Shown here: piece by piece, positions 1 to 14,110 of the stretch
How the letters are laid out: every line of letters starts with the position of its first letter
Position numbering within the stretch: position 1 is the first letter of the stretch
NCBI RefSeq assembly: GCF_009914755.1
Contig: NC_060927.1
Direction: 5' to 3' (one strand)
DNA: 64,000 bases
From: the human T2T-CHM13v2.0 reference genome, Homo sapiens
Translations under genes and position numbers: made by a program
Notes under the pieces: generated by a model
Told to the model about the DNA's origin: nothing
Database searches by the model: none
The model's input: only the letters and a program-made list of their open reading frames with translations

Positions 1-250
1 CCTCCATGGCTCTCTTTCCAGAGTCTGAGGTGACCGGAAGGAGAATGCGGCCCTGGGACCGTCAACCTTGGACCAGCTGCAGCCGACGCCTGGCAGGGCT
101 GGTCGCTTTGCGTTGAGGAGGCTGCTGTCCCCGAAGCTGGCCTTTTAATCGCACAGGGCAGGAAGCTGGTGGTGGCGCCCAGCTGCACAGGCGGCACCAT
201 GTAACTGCCAGATAATACTTGCGCGTCACAGAGAGGTCCATGTTACACGC
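1..250. promoter_or_regulatory. CpG/GC-rich tail of a CpG island, probably the upstream edge of the HLTF / HLTF-AS1 promoter region
   Basis: CpG-rich non-repeat sequence at the window edge. The HLTF assignment rests only on recalled gene order (HLTF divergent and ~43 kb upstream of HPS3); no HLTF exon is visible. Confidence 0.5.
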
Positions 251-285
251 CTGTCAGCACAATAATATTAGGTGGTCAGCTTTTC

Positions 286-603
286 TTTTTTCTTTTTTTT
301 GTTTTTTTTTCTTTTTTATTGAGATGGAGTCTTGCTCTGTCCCCCAGGCTGGAGTGCAATGGGGGTGATCTTGGCTCACTGCAACCTCCGCCTCCCGGAT
401 TCAAGCGATTCTCCTGCCTCAGCCTCCGGAGTAGCCGGGATTGCAGGAGCCCGCCACCACGCCCAGCTAATTTTTGTATTTTTAGTAGAGACGGGGTTTC
501 ACCATATTGGCCAGGCTGGTCTTGAACTCCTGACCTCAGGTGATCCGCCCGCCTCGGCCTCCCAGAGTGCTGGGATTACAGGCATGAGCCACCGTGCCAG
601 GCC
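286..603 (-). mobile_element. AluS
   Basis: Full dimeric Alu; TSD GGT(G/A)GTCAGCTTTTC at 271-285 and 604-618. Confidence 0.95.
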
Positions 604-913
604 GGTAGTCAGCTTTTCAAGACACATTTGTTCATTATCGTAAATAAACTGTAGTGATCTCTAATCATGAACCATGGATGAGCAATAGAATTTGAAACAA
701 TGTATTATTTCATTTGACCAAAGTTGATGAGGAAGATAAAGACAATGGCATTTCAAATTATTTTAATTGTTGTATGTTCTTCTTGAAGTGTGTTGAGGCA
801 AATGGCAATACAGTTCAGCTTTTAGTATGCCAGATTTTAAATAAATTCTTGGAAAATATGCCAGAAATTGCTCAAATTGATGTTTTGTAAGAGTAAGAAA
901 GTCATGCTCACTA

Positions 914-1272
<359 letters not shown>

Positions 1273-1337
1273 CTATGAATAATGACTGTCCCATGGTTAA
1301 AGAATGTGCTTTGAATGAACTAAAATTTGCTATTTAA

Positions 1338-1445
1338 AGGAATGGTATGGAAAGGAAAGGAATCCAAAATTTCTCCATCCAGCCACTTCCCAGTCACAAA
1401 CACACTTCTCATCTGCACCCCCAGCCACACACACACACATGCCCG

Positions 1446-1486
<41 letters not shown>

Positions 1487-1581
1487 CCTTTATGCAAATT
1501 AATCATGTCATGTCACTCCCCTGTTTGATTCAGTGAGCCTGAAATCCAAGAATGGCATATGTGGCTCTTCCTCCCACAGTA
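1338..1581 (+). repeat. Local direct duplication, copy 1, with (CA)n(CG)n(CA)n microsatellite
   Basis: Near-identical to 2180-2409 (AGGAATGGTATGG...CTCCCACAGTA). Confidence 0.95.
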
Positions 1582-1899
1582 TGTTTTCTCTATGTTATCA
1601 ATATTTCACATCCCAGAACCAGGAGTAAAACATTCTTTCCCTTAATCATTCTTTGTTTTATATTTAAAGATCAAGTACAATTTGTACTAGTTTGATTAAA
1701 ATGTTACAGCAATTACAATTTCAAAACTATTATACTAAATAATGTTTTCTGAAAAATTAACTTTTTTGGTTTTTTCTTGATTTATTCTGATAACAGCATC
1801 ACAAGTAGATATGAAAAATGAACACTTGTAACTGGAAAATGAACTGTAGGGTGGCTTGTGGGGTTTGGCTGGTGAGTAAGAAGGAAAGTGGCACTAAAA

Positions 1900-2210
1900 G
1901 GACGGTGGGGAAGATAAGGGCCAGGTTACATAGGAACTTAAGAGTCTCCAGTAAAATTTGTGTTTTAACTGCAATGGAAAGCCATTGAATGTTTCGAGCA
2001 GGAGGATAACGACTTGATTTAGGCTTTTAAAAATGCTGGCAGCTCTGTGGAGAATTACAGGAAACAAGGATAGAAGCAACTGATAGAAAATTATTGTGTT
2101 CAGATAAGAGATGGTGGTGGCTTGGAAAGGGAAGGTGATGAAGCCAAGAGAACCAAAATGTTCACTGATAAATTTAGGTAGGAATGGTATGGAAAGGAAA
2201 GGAATCCAAA
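1900..2210 (-). mobile_element. L2 fragment
   Basis: Motifs like GCAATGGAAAGCCATTGAA...GATGGTGGTGGCTTGGA typical of antisense L2. Confidence 0.55.
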
Positions 2211-2409
2211 ATTTCTCCAGCCAGCCACTTCCCAGTCACAAACACACTTCTCATCTGCACCCCTAGCCACACACACACATGCCCGTGCACACACACACAC
2301 ACACACACACACAGAACCTTTATGCAAATTAATCATGTCATGTCACTCCCGTTTGATTCAGTGAGCCTGAAATCCAAGAATGGCATATGTGGCTCTTCCT
2401 CCCACAGTA
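2180..2409 (+). repeat. Local direct duplication, copy 2, with (CA)n
   Basis: Near-identical to 1338-1581. Confidence 0.95.
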
Positions 2410-2570
2410 GCTTCATTTCTCGGGTCACTTCCCAACCCACCCTGCCTATAATGGCCTTCACTAATTTCTCTAAAAACCATGGACCTGGCAAAATTAATAA
2501 CAAATCACTTCTTAGTATCTTCTAATAACTAGTTCATAATCAAATGTTCACAATTGTCTCAAAAAAAAAA

Positions 2571-2840
2571 TTTTTTTTTTTCTTGAGACAGGGTCTCACT
2601 CCAGTAGCCCAGGCTGGAGTGCAGTGGCGTGATTCGACCTCCTGGGCTCAAGCGATTCTCCAGCCTCAGCCCCCAAGTAGCTGCGATTACAGGCATGGCA
2701 CCACCACCCCCAGGCTAATTTTTGTATTTCTTGTAGACAGGGGGTTTTGCCACATTGGCCAGGCTGGTCTCGAACTCCTGAGCTCAAGCAATCTGCCCGC
2801 CTTGGCCTCCCAAAGTGCTGGGATTACAGGCGTGAGCCAC
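2571..2840 (-). mobile_element. AluJ
   Basis: Antisense Alu with T-tail. Confidence 0.9.
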
Positions 2841-2859
2841 TTTTTCTAGGCCTTTTCTA

Positions 2860-3261
<402 letters not shown>

Positions 3262-5143
3262 TCAATACAGAAACTTTTAAGCTTATATCATAACTCATAG
3301 ACTGAAGAAAGTAGGATGATGTAAGAGCTTGCTTGTTTGTTCGCTTCTTTCACTCCAAAGGAGATAAAAGTTCAATTGAGGAGAATTTTCAAGAATGTCA
3401 GGCAGGAGGGTTTGCAGAGTAAATCCCTTAAGTGGGTCTTAGAGAGAAGACCTAGAATACCATCACACTGGGCCAATCTGCACAAAGGGAGAATGCTAGA
3501 AAGTCTAGCAAAGTTTCTGTAGATTACACAAGAAAAGGAAGCTATGCCACATTTCCCAGAGAGTGGCCTCAGTATTCTGCAGATCTCAGAGAGAACCTCA
3601 GAGACTAGAAATGTGCCAAGGCAATAAAGGAGTAAAGGTGACTGAGGTGGCTCTGTTAAGGGGACCCGGGGTAGCCTTGTGAGCCTCTAGCCCTGTGAAG
3701 GCTGGAGGGCATCATCAGGATTATGGTTCTAGCAAACAAAAGCAGGATGCTGGTCCCCAACGGTGAGGTGAGATGAGTTACATCTGCAATGGGTGACTGC
3801 ATTAGATGAATGGAGTCCAAATATAACCTCCCTGGTGGGTAAGACGAAGGGAACTAAATCTGAAAGCTGAATTTAAATGACTTTAAATCTTAAAATGACT
3901 GAACTATTCAGAAGTGACTAAATTAGGTTACCTGCCATTAGGCAGAATGAAGGTTTAAGAAAAATTAAGTTCAATAAAGAAATATAAAGTTTTACATTTG
4001 CAAATATAGTCAGTGATTGAAATTCATACATGCTATATGTCCATATGCACACATCTTGATGAAGATATACCTAGATATTTATAGTAAATACCTCTAGCTG
4101 GTTAAATTAGGGAATTTTCATTTTCTTCTTTTTACTTATATGTATATAAAATATTTGCTACATTAAACATGTATTTCTTTTTGCCATAATAAAATAAAAT
4201 GAGTAATTTATTAAAGAAATGATGAACTATTATTCAGCTTTATTTTTATCTAATTGTAGACTTACAGAAAATTACAAATTTAGTACAAATTGTTGCCTCA
4301 TATCCTTTATGCCACTTATTTTAATACCGTACATAACTATAGTACAATGACCAAAATGAGGATATGAACATTGGTACAATACTATTTCTGAACCATTTTT
4401 TTAAATAACCAAGACAATGCAGTGGAAAAGAAAATATAATATTTTGTGACTTATTAAATTTTCTTATAATCAGGTTTCTCTAGATTTTGGACAAAATCCT
4501 GAGTAAAACCACAGCTGACAGGGCCAAAGTGATATTAAATTAATGCCAAGTAAAAATCTTCTTAATTAAATAATATAATGAATATGAAGTGCTGCCCTGG
4601 AGTAAGCACTCAGTAAGTGCTCTTATTGTTGTAATAGAGTTATTGTCTAACGAGTCCTCTAGCACTTAAGAAATATGGTTGATTGAGGCCTATTTTCCTT
4701 ATTGAGGCTCAATCAGCAGGGTTGTTCCTAAATAGCAGAATAACACTGTTTCCAGAAGCCAGTCATTTTTCCAGGTGCACGTCCTTGAAGTAGACTGAAT
4801 TGTTTCATCAAGCGGTAGGAGACACTCTAATCTCAACTCCGCGTCTGAGAAATCTGTGGTGTTCCAGATTATATAGCCCTTTCCCAGGAGATAATTGTTC
4901 CCTCCTCCTTTAGGCCTTGACTCACTAAATGCTCTTATGTGGCTCAAGCCCAGGGTTGCAAGGCATCAGGCCAGCCAGGGATCTGCCCCCTCCTTTGCTT
5001 TCTGCCCAGGGTCCTTTCCCCAGCTTCAGGGAAGTACCACTCTAGGCCCTGGAATGATTTAGGGTTTCTGTCATGGCCATACCAAAGTAATCTTTTTATT
5101 TTAATGAAAACTGCAAGGATTAATAAACATTTTTTCTGCCTCC

Positions 5144-5445
5144 TTTTTTTTTTTCCTCTTTTAAGACAGGGTCTTGCTCTGATGCCCAGGCTGGAGTGCA
5201 GTGGCACAAACAAGCTCACTGCAGCCTCAAACTTCTGGGCTCAATTGATCCTCCTACCTGTCTCCCAAGTAGCTGGGCCTACAGGCATACACCACCATGC
5301 CCAGCTAATTTTGTTTGTTCGTTTTTTTTTTGGAGAGACAGGTTGCCCAGGCTGGTCTTGAACTCCTGGGCTCAAGTGATCCTCCTACGCTCCTACCTCG
5401 GCCTCCCAAAGTGCTGGGATTACAGGCATGAGCCACACGCCCAGG
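5144..5445 (-). mobile_element. AluJ
   Basis: Antisense Alu; flanked by TTTCTGCCTCCTTT repeat. Confidence 0.9.
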
Positions 5446-5518
5446 CTTTCTGCCTCCTTTATGGCTAGAACATTAAAACTTCAACTCTAAATGCCCTTTT
5501 GATATAAGAAATACTACC

Positions 5519-5810
5519 TTTTTTTTTTTTTGACAAGAGTCTTGCTCTGTTGCCCAGACTGGAGTGCAGTGGTGCGTTTAGCTCACTACAACCTCCGCCT
5601 CCTGGGTTCAAGCAATTCTCGTGCCTCAGCCTCCCGAGTAGCTGGGACTACAGGTGCACGCCACTACGCCTGGCTAACTTTTGTGTTTTTTGTAGAGATG
5701 GGGTTTTGCCATGTTGCCCAGGCTGTTCTCAAACTCGTGCGCTCAAACAGTCTGCCTGCCTCAGCTTCCCAAAGTGCTGGGGTTACGGGCATGAGCCACT
5801 GCACCCAGCC
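5519..5810 (-). mobile_element. Alu (J/S)
   Basis: Antisense Alu with T-tail. Confidence 0.9.
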
Positions 5811-6151
5811 TAGAAAGTGAGCAATTACATCGTAGTAGTAATTCACTGGTTTTCTTTTTTCTTAGAAAATAGGTTTCACTATGTTGCCCAAACTAGACTC
5901 AACTCAGGCTGCCCTACCAACTCAGCCTCCCAAGGAGCTGGGACTACAGGCATGGGCCATCTCACCTGGCTGTAAATGACTTTTTAAAATTATTATCACA
6001 ATTCACCAAACTATTGCATCGTATGGCAATACTTATGCTAACCCTAAAATTAAGGTTTAACTTGCTAACTTGCTATTTCAAATAGCCTTTTAGAAAGTTA
6101 AGAAAAAAACCTCACAAAAAAACACATTTCTCAAATTTGAAGAAGAAAAGT

Positions 6152-6453
<302 letters not shown>

Positions 6454-6667
6454 AGCATTCCAATAGATTTTTAGAGGAACTTAATCTGATCCAATAGAAT
6501 TAGAAATTCTAAGAGACTCAAATTAATGAACTAATGAAGTTTTAGGGTTAGACTATATTGATATACTATGCTATAATTAATATATATATTAAATTAGCAA
6601 ATACATGTTAATTATCTCAATTAATATTGAATTGCTAACTTTGTAACATTTACAAGTAAAATTTCTA

Positions 6668-6827
6668 GCCGGGTGTGGTGGCTCATACCTGTAATCCTAG
6701 CACTTTGGGAAGCTAAGGTGGGAGAATCACTTGAGGCCAGGAGTTCAAGGCTGCAGGGAGCTATGACCACTGCACTCCAGCCAGGGCAATGGAGAGGCTC
6801 TATTGCCAATAAATAAATAAATAAAAT
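6668..6827 (+). mobile_element. Alu monomer (FLAM/FRAM-like) with (AAAT)n tail
   Basis: Single Alu arm followed by tail. Confidence 0.8.
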
Positions 6828-7085
6828 TTCCATTTCTCAAACATTTTTAGCTAAGGCATTGGGTTAAAGTGGAATAAGGTGGGATGCCCCCCAAGAGAAA
6901 CATTAAAGCACCAATGACCTAGGTTAATGTATTGAAGTCTGTACAGCTGGCCGTAAATATTCGGAAAATTCAGCTTATCAGGAAACATCAATAGTTGGCT
7001 AAATTAGCAATCTATGAAAAAGAAGGATAATCAAAAAAGGACAAGACATATTTTTACTCATAAAATTAGTTCAGATTTTTTTAAT

Positions 7086-7183
7086 TGCTGCAGTGAGAAG
7101 GAGGGAAAGAGTAGAACAAGGAGTTCGATCTGTAACTGACTGTAAACAATCAATTGAGATAACTCACTAACTTCGGACCAGCC
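7086..7183 (-). pseudogene. Y1 RNA (RNY1) retro-pseudogene
   Basis: Reverse complement reads GGCTGGTCCGAAGTTAGTGAGTTATCTCAATTGATTGTTTACAGTCAGTTACAGATCGAACTCCTTGTTCTACTCTTTCCCTCCTTCTCACT, matching hY1 with few substitutions; 3' end truncated and A-rich. Confidence 0.93.
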
Positions 7184-7351
7184 AACTTTCGATTTTTTAA
7201 AAGAATTAGAAACACAGCTAGCCTGATATTTTAAGAAGACTTCTTCAAGATGTTTCTGGTAGAAAAGAAATGACTATGCACTTGTTTAAAATTTGCTATT
7301 TATTTGAACAAAAATTTGGATTTAGAAAAGAAACGGCAAAATTGGGATACA

Positions 7352-7647
7352 GGCCAGGTGTGATGGCTCATGCCTGAAATCCTAGCACTTTGGGAGGTGA
7401 GGCAGGAGGATCACTTGAGCCCAGGAGCTTGAGACCGCCTTGGCAACATGGCCAAACCCTGTATCTATAAAAAAATAGAATATTTAGCTGGGTGTGGCGG
7501 CATGCACCTATAGTGTAGTCCCAGCAACTCATGAGGCTGAGGTGGGAAGATCGCTTGAGCCTGGCAGGTCAAGGCTGCAGTGACCTGTGATCATGCGATT
7601 TTACTACAGCCTGGGCAACAGAGCAAGATCCTGTCTAAAAAACAAAC
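7352..7647 (+). mobile_element. AluJ
   Basis: Diverged dimeric Alu. Confidence 0.9.
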
Positions 7648-8016
7648 CCTGGTACATATATTTTTTTAACTAGATACCAAATATAATTGTTCCCAATCTT
7701 TTCACCAAGTACCCCTTTATTGTAGAAAGATCATTTGATCAGTTTGTTCGGTTTTTAATCAAGAAATTTTAAAAGCCAATCAAAGCTTCTAATTAGCACT
7801 AACAAACTTGAAATAATTTGAGTAAAAACAATTTTAAAGGCTTTGTTTAACCTATACATTCTAATTAATGAGGTATAGTTAATCATATTTAACATCAAAA
7901 ATAGGTAATGAATATTTTGCCAGGGGTTCCTGGCCTTAGGCTGGGAATTACAGATGATGCTATATATACACACAAACAAAAATACATGGCCATTAAGTAT
8001 AAAAGGTAAGTAATGA

Positions 8017-8355
<339 letters not shown>

Positions 8356-8955
8356 TCATGAGCTTACAAAACAGAAAGGGGAACAGAAAGAGACAAAAAT
8401 TACTAAACTACAAGGGAGATTAACAAAGTACAGTAATAAAGATAAAAAATATTGTGCTCTGGGAACAAGGCTTTGCCTTGGGTATTCTGAGCTTCAAGGA
8501 CTAGGTGACAGCCAAGGGGAACCAGGAATGATGAGTGGATTTCAATCTTGTGTTGCAAATGGGTCTTCAGAGCCAAGTCACAGAGCCCACAGAAAAAATG
8601 ATGGGTGGATGGAGTGTTTGTTTTGAGTTGAAGGACGTCTAATGAGAAACTATATAAAACAGTGAAATGAAAACTCCATCCAACTAAACCCAGAAACAGT
8701 GCAGTTTTGTATTCCTCAATATCAATTCAGAATAGGATCTGAGGTGGCTAATGAAAATAAAAAGGGTAAATATTTTCCTAAGCAGTAAGGCTTAACATGC
8801 TTTTTCGTGTGGTTAATTTGCTGAGTGGCCGTCCTGATGGCCACCACCCACCCCAGCAGCCCCTTCGAATCAATATTGCCTATTAGCAAAAATCTTCCTT
8901 AATGAAAATTTATTTCAGAAACAAAATTAAACAAAAACAAAACAAATGGAGAGAC

Positions 8956-8989
8956 TATAAGGAGTTAAAGCAAACTTTAACTCCTTATA
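8956..8989. repeat. Perfect 15-bp inverted repeat with 4-nt spacer
   Basis: TATAAGGAGTTAAAG-CAAA-CTTTAACTCCTTATA. Confidence 0.9.
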
Positions 8990-9196
8990 ATTGGCCTATG
9001 TCCCCAACATATTTCCTCTCTTACCATCCCCCAAATCATTAAACATCACCAAAAGAATAAAATAAAGGTCCACATAAATCTAAGGATCCTACTGTAATAC
9101 TACTACATAATTAGGATCTTGTTATCCTCCTTCTACCTATTTACAAAATATCCTCATTTGGAGAGCTAGGGAATCATTACAAATACTGCTGCTTTA

Positions 9197-9504
<308 letters not shown>

Positions 9505-9569
9505 CTATATTTGAGATAGTTCAAAGTCCCGAAATAAACACAGCAAAATAACATATTTTTCTATACCAC

Positions 9570-11148
9570 TGTGTCCGGAATTGGTGGGTTCTTGGTCTCG
9601 CTGACTTCAAGAATGAAGCCGCGGACCCTTGCGGTGAGTGTTACAGTTCTTAAAGGCGGCCTGTCCACAGTTTGTTCCTTCTGATGTTCAGATGTGTTCA
9701 GAGTTTCTTCCTTCTCGTGGGGTTCATGGTCTCACTGGCTCAGGAGTGAAGCTGCGGACCTTCACGGTGAGTGTTACAGCTCTTAAGGTGGCGCGTCTGG
9801 AGTTGTTTGTTCCTCCCGGTGGGTTCGTGGTCTCGCTGGCTTCAGGAGTGAAGCTGCAGACCTTCGCTGGTGAGTGTTACAGCTCATAAAGGCAGTGTGG
9901 ACCCAAAGAGTGAGCAGCAGCGAGATTTATTGCAAAGAGCAAAAGAACAAAGCTTCCACAGTATGGAAGGGTACCTGAGCAGGTTGCCACTGCTGGCTCC
10001 GGCAGCCTGCTTTTATTCTCTTATCTGGCCCCACCCACATCCTGCTGATTGGTAGAGCCCAGTGGTCTGTTTTGACAGGGCGCTGATTGGTGCGTTTACA
10101 ATCCCTGAGCTAGAGACAAAGGTTCTCCACATCCCCACCAGATTAGCTAGATACAGAGCGCGGACACAAAGGTTCTCCAAGTCCTCACCAGAGTAGCTAG
10201 ATACAGAGTGTCGATTGGTGCATTCACAAACCCTGAGCTAGACACAGGGTGCTGATTGGTGTGTTTACAAACCTTGAGCTAGATACAGAGTGCCGATTGG
10301 TGTATTTACAATCCCTGAGCTAGACATAAAGGTTCTCCAAGTCCCCACCAGACTCAGGAGCCCAGCTGGCTTCACCCAGTGGATCCTGCACCTGGGCTGC
10401 AGGTGGAGCTGCCTGCCAGTCCCCTGCCGTGCACCTGCACTCCTCAGCCCTTGGGTGGTCGATGGGACTGGGTGCCCTGGAGCAGGGGGCAGCACTCGTT
10501 GGGGAGGCTCTGGCAGCACAGGATGGGGGGGGGTGGGGGGGAGAGATGGGGGGAGGGGGGAGAGGTGGGGGAGGGGGAGAGGTGGGGGAGGGGGAGAGCT
10601 GGGGAAGGGGGAGAGGTGGGGGAGGGGAGAGGTGGGGGAGGGAGGAGGGGAGGGGGAGAGGTGGGGAGGGGGAGGGGGAGGGGATAGGTGGGGGGAGGGA
10701 GGGGGAGGAGGGGGAGGGGAGGGGGTAGGGGGGTGCTCATGCATGCCTGGCTGCAGGTCCTGAGCCCTGCCCCACGGGAAGGCAGCTAAGGCCGGCGAGA
10801 AATTGAGCACAGCAGCTGCTGGCCCAGGTGCTAAGCCCCTCACTGCCCAGGGTCGGTGGGGCCAACCAGCGGCTCCAAGTGCGGGGTCTGCCAAGCCCAC
10901 GCCCACCCGGAACTCCCGCCGGCCGGCAAGCACCACGCACAGCCCCGGTTCCCGCCTGCACCTCTCCTTCCACCCTCCTCACAAGCTGAGGCAGCTGGCT
11001 CTGGCCTTGGCCAGCCCAGAAAGGGGCTCCCACAGTGCAGCGGCGGGCTGAAGGGCTCCTCAAGTGCTGCCAAAGTGGGAGCCCAGGCAGAGGAGGCGCC
11101 GAGAGCGAGCAAGGGCTTTGAGGACTGCCAGCATGCTGTCATCTCTCA
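9570..11148 (-). mobile_element. LTR12C-type (ERV9) solo LTR
   Basis: Minus strand starts TGAGAGATGACAGCATGCTGGCAGTCCTC and ends CCAATTCCGGACACA; CCAAT/GATA tandem repeats and U5 repeats; 4-bp TSD CCAC (9566-9569, 11149-11152). Confidence 0.95.
10525..10733 (+). repeat. G-rich tandem expansion (~17-bp GGGGAGAGGTGGGGGAG-like units) inside LTR12
   Basis: ~210 bp almost entirely G/A. Confidence 0.92.
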
Positions 11149-11359
11149 CCACCACTGAAGAGTAATTATCCCCAAAGGCCTACCACCAAAGTCCTCATTT
11201 CCTCACACCGAGGCCAGTAGAATGCTTTTCCTCCAATCATGCAATTTAATCTATCAACTGAATATATACACAGAAATTAAAAGTCACACAAAAATCACAA
11301 GTTAAATGAAAAGCAAAAAAAAAATTCCACAAAAAAATCTGTAAGTGGCACCATATTAA

Positions 11360-11683
<324 letters not shown>

Positions 11684-11758
11684 ACTTAGCTTTTTTAAAA
11701 CTAAAGCTATAGTATTTTAGAAAGTACTTGATAAATTAAGTTTATAAAAATAGGGTAA

Positions 11759-12056
<298 letters not shown>

Positions 12057-12218
12057 ATAGGGTAAAAATGTGCTGAAAACTAAAACTGTCTCACACTTTA
12101 CTGGTAGAGTCTTCCTGCAAAATGTTTTGTCTGCAAAAATTAATGTCTTATGAAACTCTCTTCTTAGGCTGAATCACACACAACATAATTTTCAAGCCAA
12201 TTCACTTTGTATTTTTCT

Positions 12219-12555
12219 TCATGCTTGCTTCACAGGTGCAGGGATATTAGCAGAAGCCTTTTCCAGGTACATCAAGTTCTTTTGAGGAATTTCTGAAGGC
12301 TTTTGTGCTCCCTGTTGATGTTGTCCAGCACCTGCCTTTGTTTTATCAAATGTTTCTTGACCAGAGCATCTTTCCATTATAATTTATTCCTTATTGCCAA
12401 CATATCCTTTTGGATGCCTTGCTCTGGTTTTCTGAAAGATAACTGCAATATTTTTTGGTAGGAAAATAAGTTCTGTCTTGCAATACCCAGAAACTTCTGG
12501 ATACACTTCTCAACACCAGTTTGAATTTCTCCCTAATTAGTGCCATTAACAGTCA
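12219..12555 (-). pseudogene. Processed pseudogene of MED28 (Mediator subunit 28), C-terminal two-thirds
   Basis: Manual minus-strand translation [102 protein letters not shown] aligns with recalled MED28 [101 protein letters not shown]; intronless, with stops and frameshifts. Confidence 0.9.
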
Positions 12556-12899
12556 TAAAAAATTAGTCCAAGACAAGTGATATCATCTTAAGCAAATGAC
12601 AGGGAAGTTGCACACCTCACTGATGTTTCATATTCCATTGAAAAAAGTTTAGTCAGTGGAGTAGCCACTCCTGCAGCATGGGAGGCTAGGTAGTGATGTG
12701 CCTAGCTAGAAGTTTATTATCATGGAAGAGAGAACAGATTTAGGGGTACAACTAGTGATCTTCTACAAATCCTAATGTTCAATAACATAACTTTTGACGA
12801 GTATACAAGATGAAATGCAAAAGTTTTTTTATGGTAAAATGCCTATGTTACTGAATCAAAGTAACAGAAAAGATGCAAAATTAGAATCAGGAGTAGAGA

Positions 12900-13118
12900 C
12901 TTTCTCTCTCTCTCTCTCTCTCCTCTTCTGCACATACAGCAGAAAGTCTATGTGAGCACACAGCAAGGTAGCTAGCTGCACACCAGGAGGAGAACCCTCA
13001 CAGAACCCAACCATGGTACCCTGATCTCAGACTTCCAGCCTCCAGAATAGTGAGAAAGTACATTTATGTTGTTTCAGCCACCCAGTGTATTTTGTTATAC
13101 AGCCAAACCTGACAAATA
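12900..13118 (+). mobile_element. MLT1A-like MaLR LTR, 3' part
   Basis: CCCTGATCTCAGACTTCCAGCCTCCAGAA...TTTTGTTATACAGCC motif. Confidence 0.75.
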
Positions 13119-13354
13119 TGGGTTTGTCTCTATATTTTCTTCTGTAGATTTTAACTACCATTTTTAAAAGCAAAAGTGTATTAGTAGAAGCTAGATAGTA
13201 TTTACCATGTAGAAGAGATATTATGCAGAAAAACTTCATACAAACATATTTGAAAGTCTTAATGCTGTTATATAAAACAAATTAAATTTCTACACAAATA
13301 CAAGAAACCAAAAGAAATGTAATTCCACATCAACTGTTATCCAAATATCTAGAA

Positions 13355-13845
<491 letters not shown>

Positions 13846-14035
13846 TATAGAAGATACAACTTTGTACAATTTTTTCCAGCACCAGATCCAGTCAAAATTC
13901 GCAAGTTTTACTGCAGTATATCAGCTCATCCGTTCAATGATCTTTAGGGAAAATGGAGGAGGGAATATATAACCCACTGAAACTTCAGCAGTACATGTCC
14001 ATGTTTCTCTAACATAAAACATCCATACCCTTCAT

Positions 14036-14067
14036 CAGGATTTCCCAAACTGGACACTGTTGAAATT

Positions 14068-14110
<43 letters not shown>

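Noticed and set aside
10040-10345. Regularly spaced ~40-bp repeats (also 22585-22850 and the longer U5 repeats) resembling a CRISPR-like array
   Set aside because: Intrinsic tandem CCAAT/GATA enhancer repeats of LTR12; no unique spacers, no cas genes, eukaryotic DNA.
10265-11158. Pro-rich 223-aa and Gly-rich overlapping ORFs
   Set aside because: By-product of the stop-poor GC-rich LTR12 U3 and G-tract; similar ORFs recur in the second LTR12 (21880-22595).
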